Part shown: positions 1 through 8,018 of the stretch, one piece after another | Numbering within the stretch: the stretch's first letter is position 1 | Layout: every line of letters starts with the position of its first letter | Origin: an uncultured Candidatus Saccharibacteria bacterium | GTDB taxonomy: Bacteria > Patescibacteriota > Saccharimonadia > Saccharimonadales > Saccharimonadaceae | Direction of reading: 5' to 3' | NCBI GenBank assembly: GCA_964365665.1 | Contig: CAYIQY010000001.1 | Coordinates: 1-50,971 of the forward strand | DNA: 50,971 bases | Notes under the pieces: generated by a model | Databases searched by the model: none | What the model saw: only the letters and a program-made list of their open reading frames with translations | What the model was told of the DNA's origin: nothing | Made by a program: the position numbers and the translations under genes

Positions 1-402
1 CGCAAGCGGTTCTACGGCAAGAAGTTGGAAGCCGCGAACGCCGCGTACCAGAAGGTGTCGCACGAACTGACGCTGGACGCCGAGTACAGGTGGGAAACCT
101 CCGCCATTGAGGTGGCCAAGCGCTACATCGAGAGCAGCCCGCCCGACGTGTCCGACGACATGAAGGAGCGAGCGTTGGCGCAAATCCGAGCGCACTATAT
201 CATGTACCGCGTTGGCTCTGCGATGCAAGCCCTGCACCGCGAGGTCATCACTCTGGAGGCAAAGAGCTCGACGCTCAAGCCAGAGGCGGCCGTCACCCAT
301 CTGGCCGCAATGCGTGATGTGAACCTCAACCAGATGCGTCGGATGCTCCAGGATGTGTTCAGCGAAGATCACCTGATCGTCGAGCCATTTCCCGCACACT
401 GA
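1..402 (+). CDS. hypothetical protein, 5' end cut by window edge
   Basis: The frame is open from nt 1, and the TTG at 25 is only the first start-like codon. The stretch is G+C-rich with G/C-biased third positions, unlike the next genes. No motif recognised. Confidence 0.5.
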   Translation, partial: RKRFYGKKLEAANAAYQKVSHELTLDAEYRWETSAIEVAKRYIESSPPDVSDDMKERALAQIRAHYIMYRVGSAMQALHREVITLEAKSSTLKPEAAVTHLAAMRDVNLNQMRRMLQDVFSEDHLIVEPFPAH

Positions 403-507
403 CCAGTCCGGGCTGCCCGCCCCCACCCAAGCTCTTCCTTATACGGAAGATGTCTCAGGAGGGGGCATTTTTCGTTTTTGCGGATGGCGTAGTGCTATAA
501 TTAAAGC

Positions 508-720
508 ATGATTAACTATCCCGAATGGTTACCCTTTGTCCTGATCCCTCTACTCATCTGGACGCTGTTTTGGAAAGGTTTGGCACTATGGCATGCCGCC
601 CGTCGCGGCAGTACGTTCTGGTTCATCATTCTGTTAGTGATCAATACAGCCGGCATACTAGAGATTATCTATTTGATTGTTACTGGCAAATTGAAAACGG
701 ACGAGCTGTTTAAAAAGTAA
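508..720 (+). CDS. small 2-TM membrane protein, DUF5652-like
   Basis: 70 aa. The WKGLALWHAARRG...INTAGILEIIYL pattern recalls the DUF5652 family. TGcTATAAT ends 6 nt before the ATG, suggesting a leaderless mRNA. Confidence 0.6.
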   Translation: MINYPEWLPFVLIPLLIWTLFWKGLALWHAARRGSTFWFIILLVINTAGILEIIYLIVTGKLKTDELFKK

Positions 721-730
721 TTAGCCGTAT

Positions 731-964
731 ATGAAGCGATATCTAAAACCCAAACACACTACCTATGTCATGGCGTTTTTTATGGCGCTGGCCATGAGCT
801 GTATTATGTCATTAGTTCTGACAATTTTTCGGCTTGGTTTTAGCTGGCATTCACTGTTGGTATGGCCCGCCAGCTGGTTATTAGGATTTATAGTCGGCTT
901 CCCGGTTGCGTTAGTTGTCGCGCCGATCGCGCTCAAACTAGCGCGTCGGGTGACGGGCGTGTAA
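731..964 (+). CDS. DUF2798-like membrane protein
   Basis: 77 aa with two hydrophobic helices. Layout is typical of DUF2798 (M..MS.IMS...W...W..GF.VGFPVA..VAP). Lies 10 nt after the previous gene. Confidence 0.55.
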   Translation: MKRYLKPKHTTYVMAFFMALAMSCIMSLVLTIFRLGFSWHSLLVWPASWLLGFIVGFPVALVVAPIALKLARRVTGV

Positions 965-996
965 ACCCTATCTTTTGATAGTTTGTCCAGTCGGTT

Positions 997-1554
997 TTAC
1001 TTCTCTGCTGGTTTCGACTGCTTCAGGAAGTTCTTGTCGAAGTAAAATAACAGTTTTGCTAGATCTTGCAGTGTGCTTACAAATATCATCCAGGACATGT
1101 CGCGAAATGAGTCGAAATACATTTGTGAAAGTTTATCTGTTTTCTCATTTCCAACATGAAATAATTCACCATTATTCCATAGATCGATCTGCTCGCGTAG
1201 AGACAAGTCCTTCCCGTCCATGTTGAGCGCTACACCGTGGGGTGCAGATTTGGTCTTTTTATCCCCGACTGCTCGTCTCCATGCATCGTAGAATTCATTT
1301 AATTTGTCGATATCTACATCGGGTTTTTCGCGCAGCTCGTTTACTAATGCGCGCATGATTAACGGAGAGCCTGGAGCGATAAAGTGACGAATGTCAAGCG
1401 CTGCTGATTTTATCGCCTCTCGCGACGGTATTGATGTAAAAGTCGTTTTTTCTCCATCCTTATTCCATGTCGATGTGTATTTTATGCTGACAAACAAACC
1501 TTCATTATTTCTGAGTTCGTCAATCTTTCGGCGAGCAAGTTCAGCTTTTTTCAT
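997..1554 (-). CDS. hypothetical protein
   Basis: 185-aa ORF with protein-like composition. TGaTAAGAT -10 box lies 6 nt upstream of the ATG. CCCTGTAA repeats lie further upstream. Confidence 0.6.
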   Translation of the reverse strand: MKKAELARRKIDELRNNEGLFVSIKYTSTWNKDGEKTTFTSIPSREAIKSAALDIRHFIAPGSPLIMRALVNELREKPDVDIDKLNEFYDAWRRAVGDKKTKSAPHGVALNMDGKDLSLREQIDLWNNGELFHVGNEKTDKLSQMYFDSFRDMSWMIFVSTLQDLAKLLFYFDKNFLKQSKPAEK

Positions 1555-1652
1555 AGCTTTATCTTATCATCGTTACAAATCTCACTGACAGAGAACGGTT
1601 ATGGGTATCAAGCTACCGGTGCGTGCGTTGTGCTTCATATATCCCGGGGTTT

Positions 1653-1692
1653 AACCCTGTAACCCCTGTAACCAACCCTGTAATCCCTGCGG
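1653..1692. repeat. CCCTGTAA direct repeats (3 copies plus a degenerate CCCTGC)
   Basis: CCCTGTAA at 1655-1662, 1664-1671 and 1676-1683, with CCCTGC at 1685-1690. Located between the terminator of the wHTH/HEPN operon and the promoter of the 997..1554 gene. Confidence 0.7.
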
Positions 1693-1697
1693 AACGA

Positions 1698-1730
1698 ACA
1701 AAAGGTCGCCGCTTCGGCGCGACCTTGTTT
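1698..1730 (-). terminator. rho-independent terminator of the wHTH/HEPN operon
   Basis: AAGGTCGC(1702-1709)/GCGACCTT(1719-1726) stem extended around a UUCG loop, followed on the minus strand by TTTTGTT. Begins 27 nt after the stop at 1757. Confidence 0.75.
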
Positions 1731-1756
1731 AATTAGAGGATAAGTGCATTTATTTG

Positions 1757-2560
1757 TCAGTATTTTAAAATTACATTTGCAACCATATCATGGCCGAAGG
1801 CAATTGCATGTGGTGATGAAATTGTAACAGATGACGGGTGAGCCGCTGTGTTACGTTCACCTAGACGCGTGTCTAACATTTTTCTGATACTGTTAGATAC
1901 CACACTAGCGGAACGGAGCAATTCAATGAGTATTGATTCTTTTAGATCCGTGAAGTCGTCAATGTGCCGAATGGTAAGTGTATTAACTCGACGATCGGGG
2001 TGTCTACCAATAGCTGCATTAAAGTCGCCTAAGTAATGTGTTAGGGTATAGTTTTCAAGATGATAGAGAGCAACGATCCATATCAAAATAATCATTGCTC
2101 GGTTTGATCCAGATTGGTAGCATCGCATCGCTTCTTCTAGGAGTACTTTCTCGTTATTGTCAGTAACTTGAGCAATTAATACTGCCAGGTCGTCGTCAAA
2201 TTGTTTAAGTTCTGGAATTTTCTCCAATTCCTTTTTAATTTGACCATGCATTTTGCCGTTAAGCTCGTAACCCCGCCCCTTTGCTTTAACAAATCGGCCC
2301 TTGCCTCCACGTATTTTTGATTCTTCGGCGAGAAAGGGAGAAATTCGCGGTGTGCTACGCTTTAAGTCTTTAGCAAAAACCCCTTCAAGCTCGCTCGTTG
2401 AAAAAGGGCTAATGCCATTTTCGGTAAGGTAGTATGCAATATATGTTATTTGCTCTTTGTCGGCAAGGTCGTAAAACTCAGGAATCCTCGCGACAAACTC
2501 AGTAACGGATGCGACACTAGCCATTTTGGTGGGTCGGTTTCTGTTTAGAAGGTAGAGCAC
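1757..2560 (-). CDS. winged-helix-like N-domain fused to HEPN-like C-domain (putative RNase effector)
   Basis: The C-terminal RNTAAH (R236-H241, nt 1838-1855) fits the HEPN Rx4H motif inside a predicted all-helical region. The N-terminal segment DKEQITYIAYYLTENGISPFSTSELEGVF is paralogous to the five upstream genes. An alternative start at 2524 would give an ATGGCTAG overlap with the upstream stop. Confidence 0.55.
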   Translation of the reverse strand: MLYLLNRNRPTKMASVASVTEFVARIPEFYDLADKEQITYIAYYLTENGISPFSTSELEGVFAKDLKRSTPRISPFLAEESKIRGGKGRFVKAKGRGYELNGKMHGQIKKELEKIPELKQFDDDLAVLIAQVTDNNEKVLLEEAMRCYQSGSNRAMIILIWIVALYHLENYTLTHYLGDFNAAIGRHPDRRVNTLTIRHIDDFTDLKESILIELLRSASVVSNSIRKMLDTRLGERNTAAHPSSVTISSPHAIAFGHDMVANVILKY

Positions 2561-3059
2561 TAAGGTACTGCAGACCCTCGTCAGTAATACGCATTTTACC
2601 AGTTAATGTTGATTGATTTGCGAACTCTTTATCGCGCAGTCTTTGATAATGTACGGACACGTGATTATTGGCTATGCCTGATCCAAGCGTGTCTGTAATC
2701 CACACGATATCACTGCCAACTAGGCCATCCATTCTTAGTTCTTTTGCGAGCGCTAATGTCCATAGCAGTTTATCTTGTGGGCTTTTAAGCTTTACATATG
2801 CGATACCATCAGTAAGTTTACTCGGTAGATCGATGGTTTTTAATGCGTCGGGGACTTCTATTTTTTTTGAACGTTTAGCTACTGCTTTCTTTTGAGTCTG
2901 CTTGATTGGAGGCACGGTAATACCTGGTGTCAGAGCAGTTCCCGACTTTAAGGGTATAGAGAGTTGTGGCTGGAATTCCGTGAAGTGCTTTTCTACAAAT
3001 TCTTCACTGCCCTCGACTTCAAAGACACCTTTCGATAAATCGATCGTAATCCTCGCCAT
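2517..3059 (-). CDS. wHTH-like paralog 5 (180 aa)
   Basis: A Pro/Lys-rich linker is followed by PQDKLLWTLALAKELRMDGLVGSDIVWITDTL ... GKMRITDEGLQYL (helix-turn-helix plus wing pattern). Overlaps the next gene. Confidence 0.5.
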   Translation of the reverse strand: MARITIDLSKGVFEVEGSEEFVEKHFTEFQPQLSIPLKSGTALTPGITVPPIKQTQKKAVAKRSKKIEVPDALKTIDLPSKLTDGIAYVKLKSPQDKLLWTLALAKELRMDGLVGSDIVWITDTLGSGIANNHVSVHYQRLRDKEFANQSTLTGKMRITDEGLQYLSALPSKQKPTHQNG

Positions 3060-3061
3060 GA

Positions 3062-3490
3062 TTATTTCGCCTCCGATTTAACTGGCGGTTCGTATACTTC
3101 ATGCCAACCATATGCAAGCTGGTATTCACCTGTTTTAGGGCTATTGACCCAGCCCTTTGTCTTGGATGTGGTCGGATACTTCCCATTAAACTTAGAACCG
3201 AGAAGGGAGCTAGCTGTCATTTTGTCCCACATCTGTCGGATCTCTGCGAGAGAGATATTCGTATCGAGGTTGCCTTTTGCTAGGTATGCAACAATGAGCA
3301 CAAACTTCTTCTCGGGTGATTTACCTTGTGCGTAGCGGCTTACGAATGCTCGTTCATTGAGGCTCCAGTCTAGTTGGCCAGTCGCAGGGCCATCAGTAGG
3401 CGGTGTTTTGGGCACATCATTTAGCAACATTACTTCGAGAGTCGCAACTCGTTTTTCTAGCGCGATATATTCATCACTTGCCATCTTCAT
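3062..3490 (-). CDS. wHTH-like paralog 4 (142 aa)
   Basis: An N-terminal short coiled helix (IALEKRVATLEVML) and a Pro-rich linker are followed by EKKFVLIVAYLAKGNLDTNISLAEIRQMW ... GEYQLAYGW. Confidence 0.5.
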   Translation of the reverse strand: MKMASDEYIALEKRVATLEVMLLNDVPKTPPTDGPATGQLDWSLNERAFVSRYAQGKSPEKKFVLIVAYLAKGNLDTNISLAEIRQMWDKMTASSLLGSKFNGKYPTTSKTKGWVNSPKTGEYQLAYGWHEVYEPPVKSEAK

Positions 3491-3860
3491 ACTCCTTTAA
3501 TACCTCTTTTAAAAAGTCTTCGCCATCGCGCGTCAGATCGTATAAGTTACTAGATTCAGGGTCACGCACCAAGCCCTCTGTAATGGCACGTTCTAGTTGC
3601 TTCGGATCACATTTCCTAGAGAATTTCGCGCTTATCCACTGTTCTTTGATTCGCGGAAAATTTATTGGTGGCTGTCCTAGAATAACTTCATTATAGCCAA
3701 TAATGAGCGCAACCTTTTTTTGTCCACTGGTGAGGAGACGGCTATGTGAAAGTTGTGACAGTGCAATTGGTTTGCGCGAAGTTACTGGTTTCGGGGTAGT
3801 ACCACTTCCGAACACGGCAGCTTCAAGCCGCAGTAAGCGTGTTTCGATATCAGTGTTCAT
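3474..3860 (-). CDS. wHTH-like paralog 3 (128 aa)
   Basis: The N-terminal helix IETRLLRLEAAVFG and a linker are followed by GQKKVALIIGYNEV...FPRIKEQW ... LYDLTRDGEDFL. Has a 17-nt overlap with the next gene. Confidence 0.5.
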   Translation of the reverse strand: MNTDIETRLLRLEAAVFGSGTTPKPVTSRKPIALSQLSHSRLLTSGQKKVALIIGYNEVILGQPPINFPRIKEQWISAKFSRKCDPKQLERAITEGLVRDPESSNLYDLTRDGEDFLKEVLKEYEDGK

Positions 3861-4276
3861 TATTTACCAAATCCTTCCTTAACCACTGCTTGACCGGTCA
3901 TTGTTAAGCACCATGTTTTCTTGCCGTCACGCTCGCCGACAGGCATTATCTGACCCTTTTGGACGCATTTTCCAATTTTATCGCTAATATTTGATGGCAC
4001 TTTTAACCGGCTATCAATGAATACCTGTCGTAATTCGTCAGAGGTAAAATCTGCTTGCGACCGGTAAACCTCTAGGTAGTTGGCGAGAACAAGTGTTCGC
4101 TGATTATCGTCAGATGGTTTTTTCTCCAGAACGTATTCTGTAATTGAAAGCGAACGTGGTGGTGCTTGAGGAATAGCGGAGGGCTGATTCATATTGTTGC
4201 TACCAGTTAGTAATTTTTCAATTGTTTCGAGCCGCACGTCGATTGCGTCAAGGCGAGTTATGATGTCGTTATCCAT
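3860..4276 (-). CDS. wHTH-like paralog 2 (138 aa)
   Basis: The N-terminal helix ITRLDAIDVRLETIEKLL and a Pro-rich linker are followed by DNQRTLVLANYLEVYRSQADFTSDELRQVF ... KKTWCLTMTGQAV. Has a 1-nt overlap with the next gene. Confidence 0.5.
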   Translation of the reverse strand: MDNDIITRLDAIDVRLETIEKLLTGSNNMNQPSAIPQAPPRSLSITEYVLEKKPSDDNQRTLVLANYLEVYRSQADFTSDELRQVFIDSRLKVPSNISDKIGKCVQKGQIMPVGERDGKKTWCLTMTGQAVVKEGFGK

Positions 4277-4278
4277 TG

Positions 4279-4680
4279 TTATTCTCCAACCTTAATCTTT
4301 TCATCCAGGCCATCTAATAGGTAGTTGGGAACGTAATACTTCTTGCCACTATCTTTTTTAATATCGCGCGTTTTTTCCAGTAGTCGTTTAAGGCTTGTTT
4401 TGGCGCTGCCCGCGGCCATAATATCTAATGCAATAATTTCTGATGGCGACATAGCCTCTGGAATATTATCGAACAGTAAGTGGCGCGCCTTTTGTGCCAC
4501 AAGCACAACAAGAATTTTCGCAGAATTTCCTAATTTATAGAATTCTGGCCGGAACGTCACCGTTCCCTCTTTTGAGAAGACGACGTATGTTTTCAGGAGA
4601 TTCGTTAGACGACCACGGTCAATTTCCTCGGTGCTCTCTGCTATGAGATTCTGTAGTGGATCGGTAGCTGATGTCCCCAT
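4279..4680 (-). CDS. wHTH-like paralog 1 (133 aa), first gene of operon
   Basis: A GGAGGA SD lies 7 nt upstream. The segment NSAKILVVLVAQKARHLL...MSPSEIIALDI ... KKYYVPNYLLDGL follows the same pattern as its neighbours. Confidence 0.5.
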   Translation of the reverse strand: MGTSATDPLQNLIAESTEEIDRGRLTNLLKTYVVFSKEGTVTFRPEFYKLGNSAKILVVLVAQKARHLLFDNIPEAMSPSEIIALDIMAAGSAKTSLKRLLEKTRDIKKDSGKKYYVPNYLLDGLDEKIKVGE

Positions 4681-4707
4681 AATATTTTCCTCCTTCTGGT
4701 TAACTTA

Positions 4708-4736
4708 AGTGTAATGATGATATCAAATACTGTCAA
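4708..4736 (-). promoter_or_regulatory. sigma70-like promoter of the six-gene wHTH/HEPN operon
   Basis: On the minus strand, TTGACA (fwd 4731-4736), a 17-nt spacer and TACACT (fwd 4708-4713), followed by a GGAGGA SD and the ATG at 4680. Confidence 0.6.
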
Positions 4737-5174
4737 GTATTTTCTGATTTTATCTGCCAAGAATTTCTTAGCGAGGTATTTTCCGCACTATGCTTATGAT
4801 TTATGCACCTAAAATCTTGACATATATGATGTATGCCAATTATTTAATATTAAAATATTAGCAAGTTTTCATTTTACAGATAAAAAAACTATATAATATC
4901 TACACATTAAAAAATGAGTATTTCATTATATTGTCAAGGATCTAGTTATTAAAAAGCTACAACTCTTTAAATATTAAGTGTAAGAACCAAAATAGAATAG
5001 ACCTATTGTTCTTCTGTCGTGTTACAGATATATAGATAAAGGAAAGATTTACTTGATTTAACTAGAATGAGCAACATGCATATCAATATCACAGAAGCTG
5101 AAAATCATATTTGAGTTGATTCGTCGATTGATATCATAAACATTTTTTAATATGCTTATACTTAACATTAATCT

Positions 5175-8018
5175 CTAATCCCCTAGTTGAGCTAGTAATT
5201 TTGATTGAAAATCTAGAGCAAAATCTTCCTGGCCGCGTGGGTCGGAGTTGTAGAATTTCAAACCTAGTGGCTTGATCTCTTTGTAGCCGTGTTTGCTGAT
5301 TTCTTGTAAATACTCTTTATAGTTGCGTTTATCACCTTCTTCGGTATCAAATACTATTTCGCTATTCTCAGCAAGGCTTATGAGAGCTTCTTCCTTCCAG
5401 GCGTCGTGTTCAAGCAAATGACCGCCCTTGGGTTCTATTAAGCACTGGTAGTACATTTCGCCATTCTTTACGTCATTGATTATAAGCATATAATCAGGGC
5501 TAAACCTGCGTCCGTCTTGCGGGCTAAACAGCCAATAGTCTAATTCGTTACGTATTAGGTAAATCTCAGAACCTTCATACTTAGCCTTTAAGTCGTCAAT
5601 CTGGCTCGCGATGTACTTCACGAACCGCTTTTCTTCACTTGTGCCGTAGTTTTCACTGTAAGCGTACCAGTCAGCTGTTTCAACATCGTACTGAAGTTCA
5701 GGGTTGTCATGGTCGCTTTGTGCTTTGGCGCGTTCATCGTTGCTCATAAACACCTTTTCGCCAGTAGCAGGGTTTTCAACCGGGAACGACATCAGGTAGA
5801 TATTCTTTTCCTTGCCAAAAACGGCAGATAATGACACTGGTCGGAATTTATTACTACCTGTAATTAGTGGCATATTTAGGTCAATCGTCTTCCGTACCTC
5901 AGGTAATATTACACCAACAAGTAATTGTAACTTCTCTGTAGGGTTCAGCTGACTTATGCTTTTACCTTCTTCGTACGTATATTTGATTTTGTATAGAGGC
6001 AGATACTTTTCAATCAGTTCATCAACTGTGCTTATACCCTTGATGTGCTCACGTAGGTTATTGAAGCGGAAGAAGTTACCTTCAGCCGATACTAATGCTT
6101 TTCGTATGACAGGCATTGGGAAGTATTCTTCGGTGACGCTTATTTCGTCTACCTTATAGCCGCCAGTAGTCTGGTTCTGCTCAAAGTCAGACAAGCCGGC
6201 AGCACGAAGGTTATATAGACCAGCCTTGATTATCTGATTGAAGGTTGTGTTAACTTCGTCGTCGGTAGTTTTGGTTCGTTTGGTGGTATGGTTCACTAGT
6301 ACGAAGCCTTTTTTGTAAGTATCGCTTTCAAGGAATTTCTGCTTCATCGTGATGGTCTTCTTTTCAATACCTTCGCTGATGATACCTTCGCCCAGCAAAT
6401 CACGTTGAAGGTTCTCTAGGAACGTACCCGTCTTCACAAAGTGGTAGACAAAGGTTTCTAGCACTCGCCCCCTGTCATACGGGTCGTTATCAAACTTCCG
6501 CTTGTACTTATCAAACTCAAGCCCACGACCACCAAAGAGGTCAATGGTTGAACTATCTTCATCTCGTTTGTATGAGCGTGGCAACTCGTATGGGTTGTAC
6601 CTTGCTCCACGACCAATCAGCTGTATGTCTTGCAACGATACTTTTTTGGCTTCAGATATGTCGAAGTGAATAATGTCGTACAGCCCAAGTACGTCCCAAC
6701 CCTCGTTCAACGCATTAACCGAAAAGATTGCACGGATTGAATTTCGTGGCGTGTCTAGTTGTGTGAGCAGTTCGGCTTTTTCTTTTTTCTGACTGTTGTA
6801 TATCAGCGTATTATCGTGGGCAAAACTAGTTCGTATCTCTGCCGTAAACGCCCTTAGTCCGTCTAGGTCGCCCTGTGATACCAGCCCAGCTTTGGGCGTT
6901 CTGAGCCACGCAAACATATCTGCCAGTATCTCGTGTTCACGGTTTTTGTTCTCGCGGCTCAGTTCGTGCAGACGGCTCAAGTCCTCTGGTCGTAGTGAGC
7001 CGATCACACTATCGAAGAACTTGCGGTCTTCTTCACTCTGAGCAATTTTAACCGACTTTATTAGCACGATAGGGCTTATAGAAACGTTCATCTCATGTTC
7101 TGCCAGCAGACGGCGATACTCGCTGAGGGCAACAGCATTCACTATCAGTAGACGTTTCTGGTCTTCTGTGTGCACCTCTTGGTTAAACAGGAATTTCACG
7201 TCCTTGCTGTACCCGTCTTTATTGAACTCTAGGAAGTCGTAGCGATGAACCAACTTGTCGGTGTACTTAGTGTGAATAGCCTCGTTTGCTAGGTCTACTG
7301 TGGCTGTGAACTCAAGGAGTATATTTTCCTCTCGTGCTTTGATAGCCGACATTACGGCTGTTTCCCAGTTCAGTATCTCCTCTTGGTCTTTTTTGTTCTT
7401 ACTACGGGTGTCTACGTTCAGCCTATGGGCTTCATCAGCTATAATAACCATGTTATTGTTCACAAAGTCCTCAGCTGTCAGTCCGTTCTCGCGGTCTTCT
7501 CTGAGGCGGTTATATAGCAGTGAGGTACTAAAGAACATGAAGTTGATACTATTGCGTCCAGCGTCAGCCACGCTACCAACAGATTTTACGTCCACATTCT
7601 GCCCGTTTATCTTGATACCCTTCGGATTGAACAGGTACTTTTCAAACTTGTAGTCCGTGAAGTTCCTTACGGCTTGGTCTTTTATCTGTATTTGGTGTAC
7701 TAGGAACAAGAAGTTGCGATAACCCTTTTCGTACAGATACAACACCACAGCAGCCATCACGAGGGTTTTACCCGTACCAGTTGCCATATTGAACAGCAGG
7801 TGTTTGGCACTAGCCCTGTCATGGTTATACAACCATATGAAGTGCTTTAGGGCCGTCTGCTGATATTCACGTAGTTGCTTGGTCGGGTGTAGGTTGTCTG
7901 TGATGTACTCTGGCACAGTGTAGGACTTCGCCCACGCTTGATAGTCAGGGTTGTTCTCTATCTTGTTGAACAGGAAGTCAGCAAGGGTTTCGCTAATTTT
8001 AGTTTTCTGTCGCGCCAT
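5175..8018 (-). CDS. res: Type III restriction enzyme, Res subunit (SF2 helicase plus C-terminal PD-(D/E)xK nuclease)
   Basis: 947 aa. Has Walker A NMATGTGKT, DEAH box IIADEAHRL, and C-terminal SPDYMLI...IEPKG. Overlaps mod by 20 nt. Confidence 0.9.
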   Translation of the reverse strand: MARQKTKISETLADFLFNKIENNPDYQAWAKSYTVPEYITDNLHPTKQLREYQQTALKHFIWLYNHDRASAKHLLFNMATGTGKTLVMAAVVLYLYEKGYRNFLFLVHQIQIKDQAVRNFTDYKFEKYLFNPKGIKINGQNVDVKSVGSVADAGRNSINFMFFSTSLLYNRLREDRENGLTAEDFVNNNMVIIADEAHRLNVDTRSKNKKDQEEILNWETAVMSAIKAREENILLEFTATVDLANEAIHTKYTDKLVHRYDFLEFNKDGYSKDVKFLFNQEVHTEDQKRLLIVNAVALSEYRRLLAEHEMNVSISPIVLIKSVKIAQSEEDRKFFDSVIGSLRPEDLSRLHELSRENKNREHEILADMFAWLRTPKAGLVSQGDLDGLRAFTAEIRTSFAHDNTLIYNSQKKEKAELLTQLDTPRNSIRAIFSVNALNEGWDVLGLYDIIHFDISEAKKVSLQDIQLIGRGARYNPYELPRSYKRDEDSSTIDLFGGRGLEFDKYKRKFDNDPYDRGRVLETFVYHFVKTGTFLENLQRDLLGEGIISEGIEKKTITMKQKFLESDTYKKGFVLVNHTTKRTKTTDDEVNTTFNQIIKAGLYNLRAAGLSDFEQNQTTGGYKVDEISVTEEYFPMPVIRKALVSAEGNFFRFNNLREHIKGISTVDELIEKYLPLYKIKYTYEEGKSISQLNPTEKLQLLVGVILPEVRKTIDLNMPLITGSNKFRPVSLSAVFGKEKNIYLMSFPVENPATGEKVFMSNDERAKAQSDHDNPELQYDVETADWYAYSENYGTSEEKRFVKYIASQIDDLKAKYEGSEIYLIRNELDYWLFSPQDGRRFSPDYMLIINDVKNGEMYYQCLIEPKGGHLLEHDAWKEEALISLAENSEIVFDTEEGDKRNYKEYLQEISKHGYKEIKPLGLKFYNSDPRGQEDFALDFQSKLLAQLGD

